Shown piece after piece: positions 10,067-20,089 of a stretch of DNA of 64,000 nt. The translations under genes and the position numbers were made by a program. Under the pieces are notes generated by a model that saw only the letters and a program-made list of their open reading frames with translations, ran no database searches and was not told where the DNA came from. The stretch spans positions 173,017 to 237,016 of the forward strand of contig CAYHPL010000002.1 of the NCBI GenBank assembly GCA_964358705.1, in the 5' to 3' direction. The first letter of the stretch is position 1. Every line of letters starts with the position of its first letter. This DNA is from an uncultured Chitinophagales bacterium (GTDB taxonomy: Bacteria; Bacteroidota; Ignavibacteria; UBA10030; F1-140-MAGs086).

Positions 10067-10558
10067 ATGACAAAACGGAAGAAAGAACCATTTGACCCGA
10101 TTGCTGAATTTATGCAGGAGCATGATGATGCCGTGCATCAGTTGCATCAGTTAAATGATGCTGCAAAGCAACTTGCTGCTCATGGCTATTCAAAAGAGGC
10201 GTTTAAAAAAGTACTGCTCGGTTTGCGCTATATGCAAAATGAAGTTGGCGACCACAACAAAAAAGAAGAAGATGCGTTGTTCCCGGTTTTAGAACGCTAC
10301 GTTGAAGGTCCGACACAAGTGATGCGTGACGAACATATTATTTTGTACAAGCAGTTTGTGAAATTTCAGGAGTGTGTGGACGCGGTGAAAAAAGATTCTG
10401 ATGATAAAAAATTACTCCAACGATTAGTAATATTATCGCGGGGCATTGTGAAAATATTTGTCAATCATATTCATAAAGAAAATTATATTCTCTTTCCACT
10501 GGTGCAGCGTTTTTTAACGAAAGAGGAACTTCGCGAAGTTGCTAAAAAAATGCACTAA
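10067..10558 (+). CDS. Hemerythrin-like (HHE cation-binding) domain protein
   Basis: Spaced His/Glu ligand motifs are present: EHDDAVHQL, HNKKEEDALFP, DEH, HIHKENYILFP. Confidence 0.55.
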   Translation: MTKRKKEPFDPIAEFMQEHDDAVHQLHQLNDAAKQLAAHGYSKEAFKKVLLGLRYMQNEVGDHNKKEEDALFPVLERYVEGPTQVMRDEHIILYKQFVKFQECVDAVKKDSDDKKLLQRLVILSRGIVKIFVNHIHKENYILFPLVQRFLTKEELREVAKKMH

Positions 10559-10998
10559 AGTATTTCGACATTCGTTCCTTCAAATTTTCGAACAATTTCT
10601 CTGAAATGTTCCGGAACGCTCGTTGCAGTATCCGTTTGAGGGTCGAGCCACACATGATATGCTATTCCATCTGCAATTATTTTTCCCGTCTCTGCCTCTT
10701 CAATAATTCCTTCAAATGTAAAGCTTGTGTTACCAATGCGGGAAATTCTTGTGCGAATAGTCAGGAGTTGATTGAATACCGCGGGAGATTTGTAATTGAT
10801 TTCATTCCTTACCAGCACCACTTTCGCATCGTTTTGAATGGTGTGCATATTTACTGTTACACCAAGATGCTGAAGATATTCTAACCTCCCGACTTCAAAA
10901 TACATCAGATAATTTGCATTGTGTACAATTCCTTGCCAATCTATTTCATAATTACGAACGCGCAGAGAAGAAGCGAATTTAAAAGTAGTTCTATCCAT
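10555..10998 (-). CDS. Acyl-CoA thioesterase, hotdog fold (YbgC / 4HBT family)
   Basis: YEIDWQGIVHNANYLMYFEVGRLEYL and the overall ~145-aa layout match the 4HBT family. Confidence 0.75.
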   Translation of the reverse strand: MDRTTFKFASSLRVRNYEIDWQGIVHNANYLMYFEVGRLEYLQHLGVTVNMHTIQNDAKVVLVRNEINYKSPAVFNQLLTIRTRISRIGNTSFTFEGIIEEAETGKIIADGIAYHVWLDPQTDTATSVPEHFREIVRKFEGTNVEIL

Positions 10999-11016
10999 AG
11001 AATTTTATTTTTAAAA

Positions 11017-12060
11017 CTACGAAAAAAGTTTTTTGAAAATTTCTGTTGCGTGTTGCATATCATCCATAGAAACGTCAAGATGTGTTACCGCGCGGATGCT
11101 GTTCCAATTGCCGGGAGTCAGCAATACATTGTGTTCTTTTAAAAGCGCTAGAACTTCATCGGTGGATTTTCCCGTGTGCTCTGTTTCGATTAAAATAATA
11201 TTTGTTTGCACTGCATCCATATCAATGTGCAACGAACCTATCTGTGAAATTTTTCCTGCAAAAAATTTTGCTTTCTCATGGTCTTCGCGTAATCGCTGTA
11301 TATTATTCTGTACTGCATACAGAGCTGCAGCGGCAAGTATTCCCGCTTGTCTCATTCCGCCGCCAAAAAGTTTGCGAAACCGAAGAGCGCGTGCAACAAA
11401 TTCTTTTGTTCCTGCAAGCAATGAGCCAACAGGCGCGCCAAGTCCTTTTGAAAAACATACAGAAACAGAATCAAAGTGCGATGCATATTCTTTGGGAGAA
11501 ATTCCTGCTGCAACGGATGCATTCCACAAGCGCGCGCCATCAAGATGCATTGCGATATTTCTTTCTTGTGCAAATGCGCGGATTCGTTTTATTTCTTCTA
11601 TTGGAAAAATAGTACCACCTGCGCGATTGTGTGTGTTTTCTATTTCTATCAATCGTGTTATAGGCATATAATATGCTTTTGGACGTATCGCTCGCTGCAA
11701 TTGTTCAACAGTATAAACACCGTGCAATCCTTTTACAGTTTTTATTTGTACGCCAGAAAGAAATGCAGGCGCGCCGACTTCATAATTAAAAATATGTGCT
11801 CCTTCTTCACAAATAATTTCATCACCCGGTTCTGTATGTGTTTTGATGCAGATTTGATTACTCATTGAGCCGGACGGAACATAGAGCGCGGCTTCTTTTC
11901 CGAGCAACTCTGCAACGTAATTCTGCAATTGCATTACTGTTGGGTCCTCTCGGAATACATCATCGCCGACTTCTGCATTTGCCATTGCATTTCTCATTTC
12001 TGCAGATGGCTTCGTTACTGTATCGCTTCGTAAATCAATATTAGTTGTTGTCATAAACAT
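11017..12060 (-). CDS. ltaE: Low-specificity L-threonine aldolase
   Basis: The PLP-aldolase motifs are [30 protein letters not shown] and a [11 protein letters not shown] lysine region. Confidence 0.85.
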   Translation of the reverse strand: MFMTTTNIDLRSDTVTKPSAEMRNAMANAEVGDDVFREDPTVMQLQNYVAELLGKEAALYVPSGSMSNQICIKTHTEPGDEIICEEGAHIFNYEVGAPAFLSGVQIKTVKGLHGVYTVEQLQRAIRPKAYYMPITRLIEIENTHNRAGGTIFPIEEIKRIRAFAQERNIAMHLDGARLWNASVAAGISPKEYASHFDSVSVCFSKGLGAPVGSLLAGTKEFVARALRFRKLFGGGMRQAGILAAAALYAVQNNIQRLREDHEKAKFFAGKISQIGSLHIDMDAVQTNIILIETEHTGKSTDEVLALLKEHNVLLTPGNWNSIRAVTHLDVSMDDMQHATEIFKKLFS

Positions 12061-12070
12061 TCATAAAATT

Positions 12071-13702
12071 TTACATAAAAAATTGTTTTGTAACTGCAAT
12101 TGAAATCAGTAATGTGGAAAAAAATACGCACCACAATGCAAACCAATCCGCATGTTCAGCATAAAAAGTTTTTGTGTGAGAAAGTGAAATTTCTTTACTG
12201 ATAATTGCGCGAGAGTTATACTCTGTTGATTGATGTATTTTTCCGTACGGGTCAATGAAGCAGGAAATGCCTCCATTTGCAGAGCGCACAATCCACCTGC
12301 GATTTTCTATTGCACGGAATACTGCAAACCGTAAATGCTGATATGCTCCCGAAGTATTTCCCCACCAACTGTCGTTTGTCATTATTGTAAAAAATTCTGC
12401 ATTGCTGTTTGCAAAGTTTGAGGCAAGTTGAGGGAAAATAGATTCGTAGCAAATCATATTACTGTAAAAAAATCTTGAACCATCTTTTTTAATACACTCA
12501 AAAATTGTTGAATCATTGCCTTGTCCCCAGCCGCCAATGCCAATATCCCATTGAAAAATTTTAAGCCATTCTAAATTTCCTGCGTACGGAACGCGCTCTG
12601 CAAAAGGAACAAGAAACATCTTTGCATACTTTTGAATGTTGTCAGAATTCGGTTGCAGCAGCATTGACGAGTTGAATATTTTATAACGGATGTGCGAATC
12701 AGAAAATATTTTAGTATCATTCGGAGCAGTTGATGAATCCTCATAAAATTCAACGTCGGGTATTCCAGTCATAATATTTAGCTGCATTGTATCAATGAAT
12801 GTTTTGAATGATGCGAAATACAATTCATTTTGCGGCTGCAAAATATACATTGGAATTGCTGTCTCGGGATAAACGACAAGGTCCGGTTGAAATATGGCGG
12901 CTTCGCTTGACATTTGATATAAAATATTCATTTGATAATCAATCGTGTTTTGCCATTTTTCCCACGGGTCAATATTGGGTTGAATAATTGCAACACGTAC
13001 CGTATTTTTTTCTTCACTTATTGTTTGTTCTTCCAGAATTATTTTTCCAATTATTTTTGGAGCGAGAAAAAAAATAAGAATACAGATACCGCATATACTG
13101 CTTTGTGTGGAAAAAAAATGCCATCGTTTGTTTAATAGATTTTGAAACAGGATTACGCAAATAACATTAACGCATAAAACGAGGAACGAAATTCCATACA
13201 CTCCGGTAAATGAGGCAATTTGAATGTACGAAAGGTTGTACGTTTGAGTGTTTCCGATAAGCATCCACGGAAAAGCAAAATCAGTATGTGCGCGAAAGTA
13301 TTCAAATGCAACCCAAAGAAATGGAAACGAAATTATTGCAACAAGTTTGCTGATATTATTTTTTACAAATAGAAATGCGACTATCGGAATAAAATAAAAT
13401 AGCGGATGTGCAAGCAAGACGGCAATTCCGGCAGTCATAAGATACGTATCGCGCCCGTGAGTAAATCCGCCAATCCAGTACAGCGTAATAACATTAACGG
13501 TAAATAACATTACATAAGAATATCGTAAAGCTGTTGCATACGATTCCTGATGAGTGATTACAAACAGAAATGGAACAAATGCAATAAAAGCAAAATATCC
13601 AAATGGATTAGGCGGATACGATATTCCCCACAACGCGCCGGAAATAATCATCGCAGCAATATTGCGAAGTAGTTGAGATGATGGAGTTGACAAAAGTTTC
13701 AT
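12071..13702 (-). CDS. lnt: Apolipoprotein N-acyltransferase
   Basis: It has multiple N-terminal TM helices. A C-terminal CN-hydrolase domain follows (VRVAIIQPNIDPWEKW ... ICYESIFP, with the catalytic Cys). Confidence 0.85.
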   Translation of the reverse strand: MKLLSTPSSQLLRNIAAMIISGALWGISYPPNPFGYFAFIAFVPFLFVITHQESYATALRYSYVMLFTVNVITLYWIGGFTHGRDTYLMTAGIAVLLAHPLFYFIPIVAFLFVKNNISKLVAIISFPFLWVAFEYFRAHTDFAFPWMLIGNTQTYNLSYIQIASFTGVYGISFLVLCVNVICVILFQNLLNKRWHFFSTQSSICGICILIFFLAPKIIGKIILEEQTISEEKNTVRVAIIQPNIDPWEKWQNTIDYQMNILYQMSSEAAIFQPDLVVYPETAIPMYILQPQNELYFASFKTFIDTMQLNIMTGIPDVEFYEDSSTAPNDTKIFSDSHIRYKIFNSSMLLQPNSDNIQKYAKMFLVPFAERVPYAGNLEWLKIFQWDIGIGGWGQGNDSTIFECIKKDGSRFFYSNMICYESIFPQLASNFANSNAEFFTIMTNDSWWGNTSGAYQHLRFAVFRAIENRRWIVRSANGGISCFIDPYGKIHQSTEYNSRAIISKEISLSHTKTFYAEHADWFALWCVFFSTLLISIAVTKQFFM

Positions 13703-14286
13703 CTCTTTTCAATAAAAAAGAAATTCAGTTTGGGAAAAAATTTTGGTTGAAAGTAATTTCTCCACAAATAAAGAATAATGCACCCGCAGAATATTCCAAT
13801 TCCTGTGCCAAGAAGTATATCGGAAAGATAATGAACGCCGACATAGACACGCGAGTATGCAACGAATGCAGCAAATGCAATAAAATATTTTTGTTGCTTT
13901 TTGAAAAAAAAAGAGAGAACAGTCGCACCGGCAAAATTATTTACAGCGTGCGATGAAGGCAGAGAATAACCGCTTCCACAAGGAACAAGGAGATGAATAT
14001 GTTCAAAAATTTTGCACGGACGAGGGCGCTGCACAATATATTTTACAAGATTGCTTAACTGGTCGGAGAAAATTATTGTTGGAATGAGAAGCAACATTGC
14101 TACTTGTAAACGTTTGTTGCCGCGCCATAAAACAAACGCATAAAATATTCCAAGAAGAATTTTTACAAAAAGTTGCTTATTTAAATCAGTAATGAACGGC
14201 ATAAGAACATCGAGCGCAGGATGCGTTACCGCTGTATTGAGAAAAAAAAATATTTGTGAGTCAATTGCTTGAAGTATTTCAAGCAT
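13699..14286 (-). CDS. PAP2-family phosphatase (undecaprenyl-diphosphatase / PgpB-like)
   Basis: The PAP2 motifs are KxxxxxxRP (VQRPRPC), PSSH and SRVYVGVHYLSD. It is a membrane protein. Confidence 0.8.
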   Translation of the reverse strand: MLEILQAIDSQIFFFLNTAVTHPALDVLMPFITDLNKQLFVKILLGIFYAFVLWRGNKRLQVAMLLLIPTIIFSDQLSNLVKYIVQRPRPCKIFEHIHLLVPCGSGYSLPSSHAVNNFAGATVLSFFFKKQQKYFIAFAAFVAYSRVYVGVHYLSDILLGTGIGIFCGCIILYLWRNYFQPKFFPKLNFFFIEKR

Positions 14287-14321
14287 CGTCTGGAATGTTT
14301 TTTAGTGGAGTGTGAAAAAAT

Positions 14322-15575
14322 TTATGATGTAATTTCTTCCTGCGCGAGTGCAGTTGTTTTTTTCTTGTTGCGCAATAATGAAACAGCGACACCAACGATT
14401 GCAATTCCAATGATAACATAGAGCAACAGATGACTGTATCGCCCCATCACGTCAAGCGCCTGATGCCAGTTTTTACCAAGTTTCAAGCCGCCATAAAGGA
14501 GTAGCGCATTCCAAGCAAGCGCGCTGAAAAAACTTAAAATTGTTGTTATGAGAAGTGGTAAACCTGAAAGTCCGGCAAAAAACGAAACGACAGCGCGTGT
14601 TCCAGCAAGAAAGCGATTAACAATGATGAGCCAGTAACCGTATTTTGAAAACCACGCACCAACTTTTATAAGCGCGTCCACTGGAATGTATTTATTTTTT
14701 AACTGAGAAATTTTTGCTGTTGAACATTTTACACCGATATGATACGCAAGCATAAATCCAAGCGTGCTTCCTATTGTGGAAGTGAGAAGCAAAACAATGT
14801 ACGATACTTTGCCAACGCCTGCGAGAAATCCGCCGAATACAACTACTCCATCGCTTGGAAATGGCGGAAAAACATTTTCAATGAAGGCTATGAAAGAAAT
14901 GATGAGATAAATCCAGAACGGTTTCATTTTCCCCAATTTCTCGATGAATTTTGTAGTGTATTCTTCGATGATTCCAATCTTGTTTTCCTGTTGCGGAACT
15001 TCGAGAAACTCCTGCTCGTACTCAGTTGAATTTTTGAGTGAAAAGTTCACCAGCTTTTCGTCGGATGGAATTGAAAATGTTATCGTTGCTGTTGAAGAAT
15101 CTTCTGTTGCAAACAGCGACGATGAAATTTTTAAACTTGTATTCTCGAATATTAATTCACCGGTAATTACAGCATCGGCGAAAAAATTATTTCCTAACGA
15201 GATTACTGTTGCATTATCAATGGGTGTTCCAATCGGAATTTTTCGTTCAAGAAGTTCAATGATAACAAGTTGAGAATCAACAATTTCAAATCCTTCGTTT
15301 TTTCTGATGGAAGAGGAAAGTTTTGAGCGGATGTAACTTCCAAGCACTGAAATGGAATGTTCTTTTGTCCAGAAATCCAAAATGAGAATGCGTGTGCGTT
15401 CTGTGCCGGAAAGTTGTGGGACAAAAGAGGCTGCAATTTTTTCAATTTTTTCGTTGAGTGCAGAGGAAGAGGCAAGTTGCTCATATCCGAGAGAATCTGA
15501 ACACAACACGGCGTCACTTTTCAAAAAAGTGAAAATAATCGCTAAAAAAATTAAAACGTTTTTTGCTAAAATCAT
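14322..15575 (-). CDS. Fusion protein: an N-terminal secreted domain of unknown function (~200 aa) followed by a DedA / SNARE-associated (TVP38) membrane domain
   Basis: There is an N-terminal signal peptide. The C-terminal half reads [18 protein letters not shown]...[25 protein letters not shown], the DedA signature. Confidence 0.7.
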   Translation of the reverse strand: MILAKNVLIFLAIIFTFLKSDAVLCSDSLGYEQLASSSALNEKIEKIAASFVPQLSGTERTRILILDFWTKEHSISVLGSYIRSKLSSSIRKNEGFEIVDSQLVIIELLERKIPIGTPIDNATVISLGNNFFADAVITGELIFENTSLKISSSLFATEDSSTATITFSIPSDEKLVNFSLKNSTEYEQEFLEVPQQENKIGIIEEYTTKFIEKLGKMKPFWIYLIISFIAFIENVFPPFPSDGVVVFGGFLAGVGKVSYIVLLLTSTIGSTLGFMLAYHIGVKCSTAKISQLKNKYIPVDALIKVGAWFSKYGYWLIIVNRFLAGTRAVVSFFAGLSGLPLLITTILSFFSALAWNALLLYGGLKLGKNWHQALDVMGRYSHLLLYVIIGIAIVGVAVSLLRNKKKTTALAQEEITS

Positions 15576-16087
15576 AATTCAAAAGTTACCAGTTCGCGCT
15601 CATCAACAGGCAATTTTTCAAGGGAGGCAATTGCATAAACTGCAATTCCTTCTTCTCTGCCAACAAAACCAAGATGTTCTGTTGTTGTGGCTTTTACTGA
15701 TATCATATCGTCAGTAATGGTAAGAGCGCGGGCAATATTTTTTCGCATCTGTTCAATGTACGGACTGATTTTTGGTTGCTGCAGGACTATTGTAGAATCA
15801 ATATTTATAATTTCAAATTTTGTGTTGCGGATTTTTTCACCGGTGTATTGCAACAGATTTACACTTGAAATATTCTTGTACGCATCATCTACATCAGGAA
15901 AATGTGTTCCGATATCGCCCAATGATGCTGCCCCAAGTAATGCATCGCAAATTGCGTGCAACAATGCATCTGCATCCGAGTGTCCGAGAAGTCCTTTTTC
16001 AAAAGGAATCTGCACGCCACCCAGAATTAATTTTCGTCCCTCAACAAGAGGATGTACATCATAACCTAATCCAATTCTCGCCGCCAT
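15572..16087 (-). CDS. ispF: 2-C-methyl-D-erythritol 2,4-cyclodiphosphate synthase
   Basis: [41 protein letters not shown] is canonical IspF. Confidence 0.9.
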   Translation of the reverse strand: MAARIGLGYDVHPLVEGRKLILGGVQIPFEKGLLGHSDADALLHAICDALLGAASLGDIGTHFPDVDDAYKNISSVNLLQYTGEKIRNTKFEIINIDSTIVLQQPKISPYIEQMRKNIARALTITDDMISVKATTTEHLGFVGREEGIAVYAIASLEKLPVDERELVTFEL

Positions 16088-16093
16088 AAGATA

Positions 16094-16363
16094 TTAGAAT
16101 ATTTCAAATTTTTTGAATTTATACTCGCATTTATTCCATTCTGCTTTTATATTTGCAACATGCGCCGAACGTGGTCCGATACGGAGTGAATTCAGCATAT
16201 CTTCTATCATTCCGCGTTCGCCCTCGACTTCAATTTCAACGTCGCCAGAATAGAGATTGCGAGTATAACCATTTAATTTCAATCGTTTTGCAATGTTAAA
16301 TACAAAATAACGGAACCCAACTCCTTGCACGAGTCCGCTGACAATTATTTTGCAATGTACCAT
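16094..16363 (-). CDS. acyP: Acylphosphatase
   Basis: VSGLVQGVGFRYFV...GYTRNLYSGDVEIEVEG is the acylphosphatase signature. The start is taken at MVHCKIIV. Confidence 0.8.
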   Translation of the reverse strand: MVHCKIIVSGLVQGVGFRYFVFNIAKRLKLNGYTRNLYSGDVEIEVEGERGMIEDMLNSLRIGPRSAHVANIKAEWNKCEYKFKKFEIF

Positions 16364-16555
16364 TTCGTCATGAAATTTGTTATAAAAAAGGCAGTCAATT
16401 ATACGAGGAAAAAGAAGAAGAAACAAGAAAAAAATAAAAAATAATTCTTACGAAATTTCTCTGACTTCATTCTTTTTTGGGTTATATTACTTTGCAAACA
16501 GATGTAATCGTTGTATATTTTTCGCGCAATTTTTATGAACTTACAAACAATTTTT

Positions 16556-18307
16556 ATGTATAAAATATTATTACTCACCTTCTTCTCCACAGGATTGCTG
16601 TTATTCAATTCCTGCGGAACGAAAGAACAACCTATGCTTACTGCAGACCAGCAATTTGAACAACTAACAAAAGAATTTTTAACAGAATTTTTTCTCTCAA
16701 GTCCTATTTCCGCGACGTGGATTGGCGTACATGATTACGATAATCTTCTCGATGATATTTCTGCCGAAGGTATGGCGAAAGATTTGCAACGTATAAAAAA
16801 ATATAAAGCCCGACTCGACTCTATTGATGTATCACACTTGACGAAAACAAATTCTATTGATGCGAGAATTTTGGCTGAAAACCTTGATGAAGGAATTTTC
16901 GGTTATGAGGAGTTGCGTGAATTTGAATGGAATCCGATGGGATATACAGGCGCAATTGGAAATGCAATTATGACTCTGGTAACTCAGGAATTTGCACCGC
17001 TTGACACACGACTAAAAAATGCAATAGAACGTGCAAAACTTGTTCCTGCATTTTTAGAAAATGCAAAAAAGAATTTAAAAACCTCTCCGAAGATTCACGT
17101 AGAAACTGCGATTATGCAAAACGGCGGCAACGTTGCAATTTTTCGCGAAGAATTACCAAAAGCGGCAATGAATTCTTCCGCAGAACTTCAGGCGCAAATA
17201 AAAGAACACGGAGAAAAAGCAGCCATTGCACTTGAAGAATTTGGAAAATGGTTGCAGGAAGATTTGCTTCCGCGCGCAACAAAAGATTTTCGGTTGGGAA
17301 AAGAAATGTTTGCAAAAAAACTGCGCCATACATTAAAATCTACAATGACGACCGATGAAGTATTAATGCGTGCAGAAGCGGAAAAGAAACGTGTTCACGA
17401 GGAAATGTTTGCACTTGCCGCGCCATTGTATAAAGAATACTATAATAAAGATGCAATGAAAGAAAAAGATTCTTTGAAAGTAATCAAGATGGTGCTGGAT
17501 AAAATTGTACTTGACCATAGCAAGAAAGAAGAAGTGATGGATAAAATAAAAGCAATGATGCCGGAAATAGAAAATTTTGTAAAAGAAAAAGATTTACTAA
17601 CGCTTGACGCAACACAGCCATTAGTGATTCGTGAAACGCCGGAGTATCAGCGCGGTGTTGCTGTTGCATCATTGGAAAGCCCGGGTCCATTAGAGAAAAA
17701 TTTGAAAACTTTTTATAATGTAACACCAATCCCGACAGAATGGACTCCGCAACAGGTAGAATCCTATCTTCGAGAATACAATAACTGGTCACTTTATGAT
17801 TTAAGTATTCACGAAGGTATTCCGGGACATTATGTACAATTGTATTATTCCAATCGTTTTCCGTCCATTCTTCGTACGTTAATGGGAAGCGGCGTGATGA
17901 TTGAAGGCTGGGCTGTTTATGCAGAGCGAATGATGATGGAAGCAGGATTTATGAATAATGACCCGCGCATGAAACTCATCAATCTGAAATGGTACATTCG
18001 CGCTGTTTGCAATACCATTCTTGATAACAATATTCACGCGGGAACAATGTCAGAACAACAAGCAATGGATTTGATGATGCACGATGCATTTCAGGAAGAA
18101 AGAGAAGCGGCAGGAAAATGGCGTCGTGCGAATTTAACTTCGACACAACTCTCTACGTATTTTGTCGGTTATCAGGAAATAATGGATTTGCGCAATGAGT
18201 ATAAAACAAAAATGGGAGAGAAGTACAGTCTGAAACAATTCCACGAAACATTTTTAAGTTTCGGTTCGCCGAGTGTGAAATACATTCGTGAAATGATGAT
18301 GGAATAA
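16556..18307 (+). CDS. DUF885-family lipoprotein (putative metallopeptidase-like)
   Basis: The conserved DUF885 motif IHEGIPGHYVQ is present. Lipoprotein signal MYKILLLTFFSTGLLLFNSC. Confidence 0.7.
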   Translation: MYKILLLTFFSTGLLLFNSCGTKEQPMLTADQQFEQLTKEFLTEFFLSSPISATWIGVHDYDNLLDDISAEGMAKDLQRIKKYKARLDSIDVSHLTKTNSIDARILAENLDEGIFGYEELREFEWNPMGYTGAIGNAIMTLVTQEFAPLDTRLKNAIERAKLVPAFLENAKKNLKTSPKIHVETAIMQNGGNVAIFREELPKAAMNSSAELQAQIKEHGEKAAIALEEFGKWLQEDLLPRATKDFRLGKEMFAKKLRHTLKSTMTTDEVLMRAEAEKKRVHEEMFALAAPLYKEYYNKDAMKEKDSLKVIKMVLDKIVLDHSKKEEVMDKIKAMMPEIENFVKEKDLLTLDATQPLVIRETPEYQRGVAVASLESPGPLEKNLKTFYNVTPIPTEWTPQQVESYLREYNNWSLYDLSIHEGIPGHYVQLYYSNRFPSILRTLMGSGVMIEGWAVYAERMMMEAGFMNNDPRMKLINLKWYIRAVCNTILDNNIHAGTMSEQQAMDLMMHDAFQEEREAAGKWRRANLTSTQLSTYFVGYQEIMDLRNEYKTKMGEKYSLKQFHETFLSFGSPSVKYIREMMME

Positions 18308-18399
18308 ATTATTTCTTGCCAAAAATAATTGCGGTAGCAACAATAGTAAAATAATTTTTCGCAAGAGAAACGATTGCTATATTTGCTCCGCAATTTTTT

Positions 18400-18472
18400 G
18401 GGGTTGTAGCTCAGTTGGGAGAGCGTTCGGTTCGCATCCGAAAGGTCGAGAGTTCGAATCTCTTCAACTCCA
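18400..18472 (+). tRNA. tRNA-Ala (anticodon CGC)
   Basis: Cloverleaf: acceptor GGGGTTG/CAACTCC with a G3:U70 Ala identity pair, D-arm GCTC-AGTTGGGA-GAGC, anticodon stem TTCGG/CCGAA with loop TTCGCAT, T-loop TTCGAAT, discriminator A. Confidence 0.8.
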
Positions 18473-18477
18473 CAAAA

Positions 18478-18512
18478 AGAAAAACCACATCGTTACGGTG
18501 TGGTTTTTTTAT
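18478..18512. terminator. Bidirectional rho-independent terminator. It serves tRNA-Ala (+) and the small ORF 18493..18687 (-).
   Basis: The hairpin AACCACAtcgttacggTGTGGTT is flanked by an A-run upstream and a T7 run downstream. It therefore reads as a hairpin plus T-run on both strands. Confidence 0.55.
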
Positions 18513-18687
18513 TTCTTTTTTGCCATTCCTTTATTTCTTCTGCAAGTGTTTCCGGCATTGGACGGCATTGACAATTCTTTTGATGCTCAAGATGCCACTG
18601 CATTCGTTGCTCAAATTTAGGATTCTTCGGCATTTTATTTGCGAGATGCCATTCCTTATTTATTGAGGAATTTACTTTCATTACCAA
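18493..18687 (-). CDS. Small hypothetical protein with a C-x-C motif
   Basis: It ends in the bidirectional terminator. Sequence: WHLANKMPKNPKFEQRMQWHLEHQKNCQCRPMP. No recognised family. Confidence 0.35.
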   Translation of the reverse strand: MVMKVNSSINKEWHLANKMPKNPKFEQRMQWHLEHQKNCQCRPMPETLAEEIKEWQKRNKKTTP

Positions 18688-18784
18688 TAGAAACAGTCAT
18701 CAATACGATGCAAAACAGAAGATAACGACAAGTCGAAAGAGAAAGTGCGATAAGGAGACAACTTTCTCTTGCGGTGCTCTAATT

Positions 18785-19201
18785 TCATTTGTGTGTCGGC
18801 ATCTTACTTGTATCCATATACAACACATTCCAGCGATGCCCATCCAAATCAGCAAATCCGCAGCCGTACATCCATCCTTGATTATCTCCGGGTTCGGCAT
18901 AAATTGTTCCGCCCGCTTCTAATGCTTTTTTTGCCAATGCATCTACTTCTTCTCTGTTTTCCGCATCAATGGAAATCAAAATTTCAGAACCTTGTGAAGT
19001 ATCAGCAGTTTTGTTTTTAGTAAATCCTTCAAACATTGATGCGGTGAACAGCATTACGACAATATTTTTACTTCCGATGAGTAAACAAGCCGATACATCG
19101 CTGCTATATTGATTATTAAATGAAAACCCAAGTTTGGTGAAAAACTCAATTGATTTTTTAACGTCTTTCACAGGAAGATTGAGCCATAATTCTTTTGTCA
19201 T
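18785..19201 (-). CDS. VOC / glyoxalase-bleomycin resistance family protein
   Basis: ~138 aa. The N-terminal LWLNLPVKDVKKSIEFFTKLGF is the characteristic VOC beta-alpha-beta start. The C-terminal part matches the same family. Confidence 0.7.
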   Translation of the reverse strand: MTKELWLNLPVKDVKKSIEFFTKLGFSFNNQYSSDVSACLLIGSKNIVVMLFTASMFEGFTKNKTADTSQGSEILISIDAENREEVDALAKKALEAGGTIYAEPGDNQGWMYGCGFADLDGHRWNVLYMDTSKMPTHK

Positions 19202-19237
19202 AACTATTTCTTTGATTTAGTGAAGTGATTTCCTACT

Positions 19238-19519
19238 CTATTGGCTTTTCGGATACGCCCCGTTTTTTTGAATGGGTTCTGTCTCCATTGATAATTTCGC
19301 AATTCTAAATTTGAATCTTCTATCATTCCAAGAAAAAGGAAATAATTTTGAAAGATTATTTTTTGTTGCTTCAATTAATAATTCCATTGATTTTTCTGTC
19401 GTATCAAAGACATCGTGCAACATAATATTCCTTCCATCAGAACTTGCAATTTGAACAATAAATTCTCTTTCGCTTTCTAAAAATTTATTTTTAGAAAATA
19501 TTTTTACTGACCACCACAT
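19238..19519 (-). CDS. Hypothetical protein
   Basis: 93-aa ORF. No motif recognised. Confidence 0.3.
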   Translation of the reverse strand: MWWSVKIFSKNKFLESEREFIVQIASSDGRNIMLHDVFDTTEKSMELLIEATKNNLSKLFPFSWNDRRFKFRIAKLSMETEPIQKNGAYPKSQ

Positions 19520-19639
19520 ACTTTTGATACGCCGTATAAAACATGTTTTTTTTCCAAGCCAAATTTACTAAATCTTTCTCAATCCGTCTTATTCCATCCA
19601 ATTTGCAACGCACTTCAAAAGTGGTAGCAAATGCTTCAA

Positions 19640-19900
19640 TTCCATCAAAAACTCAATACTTCAATAATCGAACAAATTATCTCAAAAATTGAATTTCGTA
19701 TTTCAAAAAACGAGATAATTATTTCTGAAATTGAACAAATTACCTCAAAAGTTAAACTACCTTTTTCAAAAATTGAACTCATTAGTTTGAAAACCGAAGT
19801 AGTTAGTTTAAAAATCAAGCAAATTAGTTCAAAATTAAACAAGTTAGTTTAAAATCAAGTAAATTAGTTTAAAATCGAACTACCTATTTCGTTTTTAAGC
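19640..19900. repeat. AT-rich degenerate ~22-bp tandem repeats
   Basis: Recurring words are caaattatctcaaaaattgaa, caaattacctcaaaagttaaa, agttagtttaaaaatcaagcaaatt, agttagtttaaaatcaagtaaattagtttaaaatcgaactacc. Confidence 0.55.
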
Positions 19901-20089
19901 AAATTTGAGCAATTAGTAAACTCCGTAGTTTTTACAATAATTGACAGAAAGCAACCGTTTTTTAAATGATTTCTCACCATTGATAAGGGGTTTACGCAAC
20001 TTTTATTAAGATGTCGGGACAGATTCTTTTCAAAGGGGAATTTTATTTCTGCTATAATTTACGTAAATCTCACATCGCAAATCTCAAAT

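Noticed and set aside
11033-11671. 212-aa and 136-aa ORFs antisense to ltaE
   Set aside because: They are embedded in a confidently identified gene on the other strand. No motifs were found.
13678-13956. 92-aa + ORF overlapping the PAP2 gene
   Set aside because: It is antisense to a well-supported membrane phosphatase gene.
19631-19852. 73-aa ORF (IIEQIISKIEFRISK...)
   Set aside because: Its repetitive translation is a by-product of AT-rich tandem DNA repeats. A same-length antisense ORF also exists.
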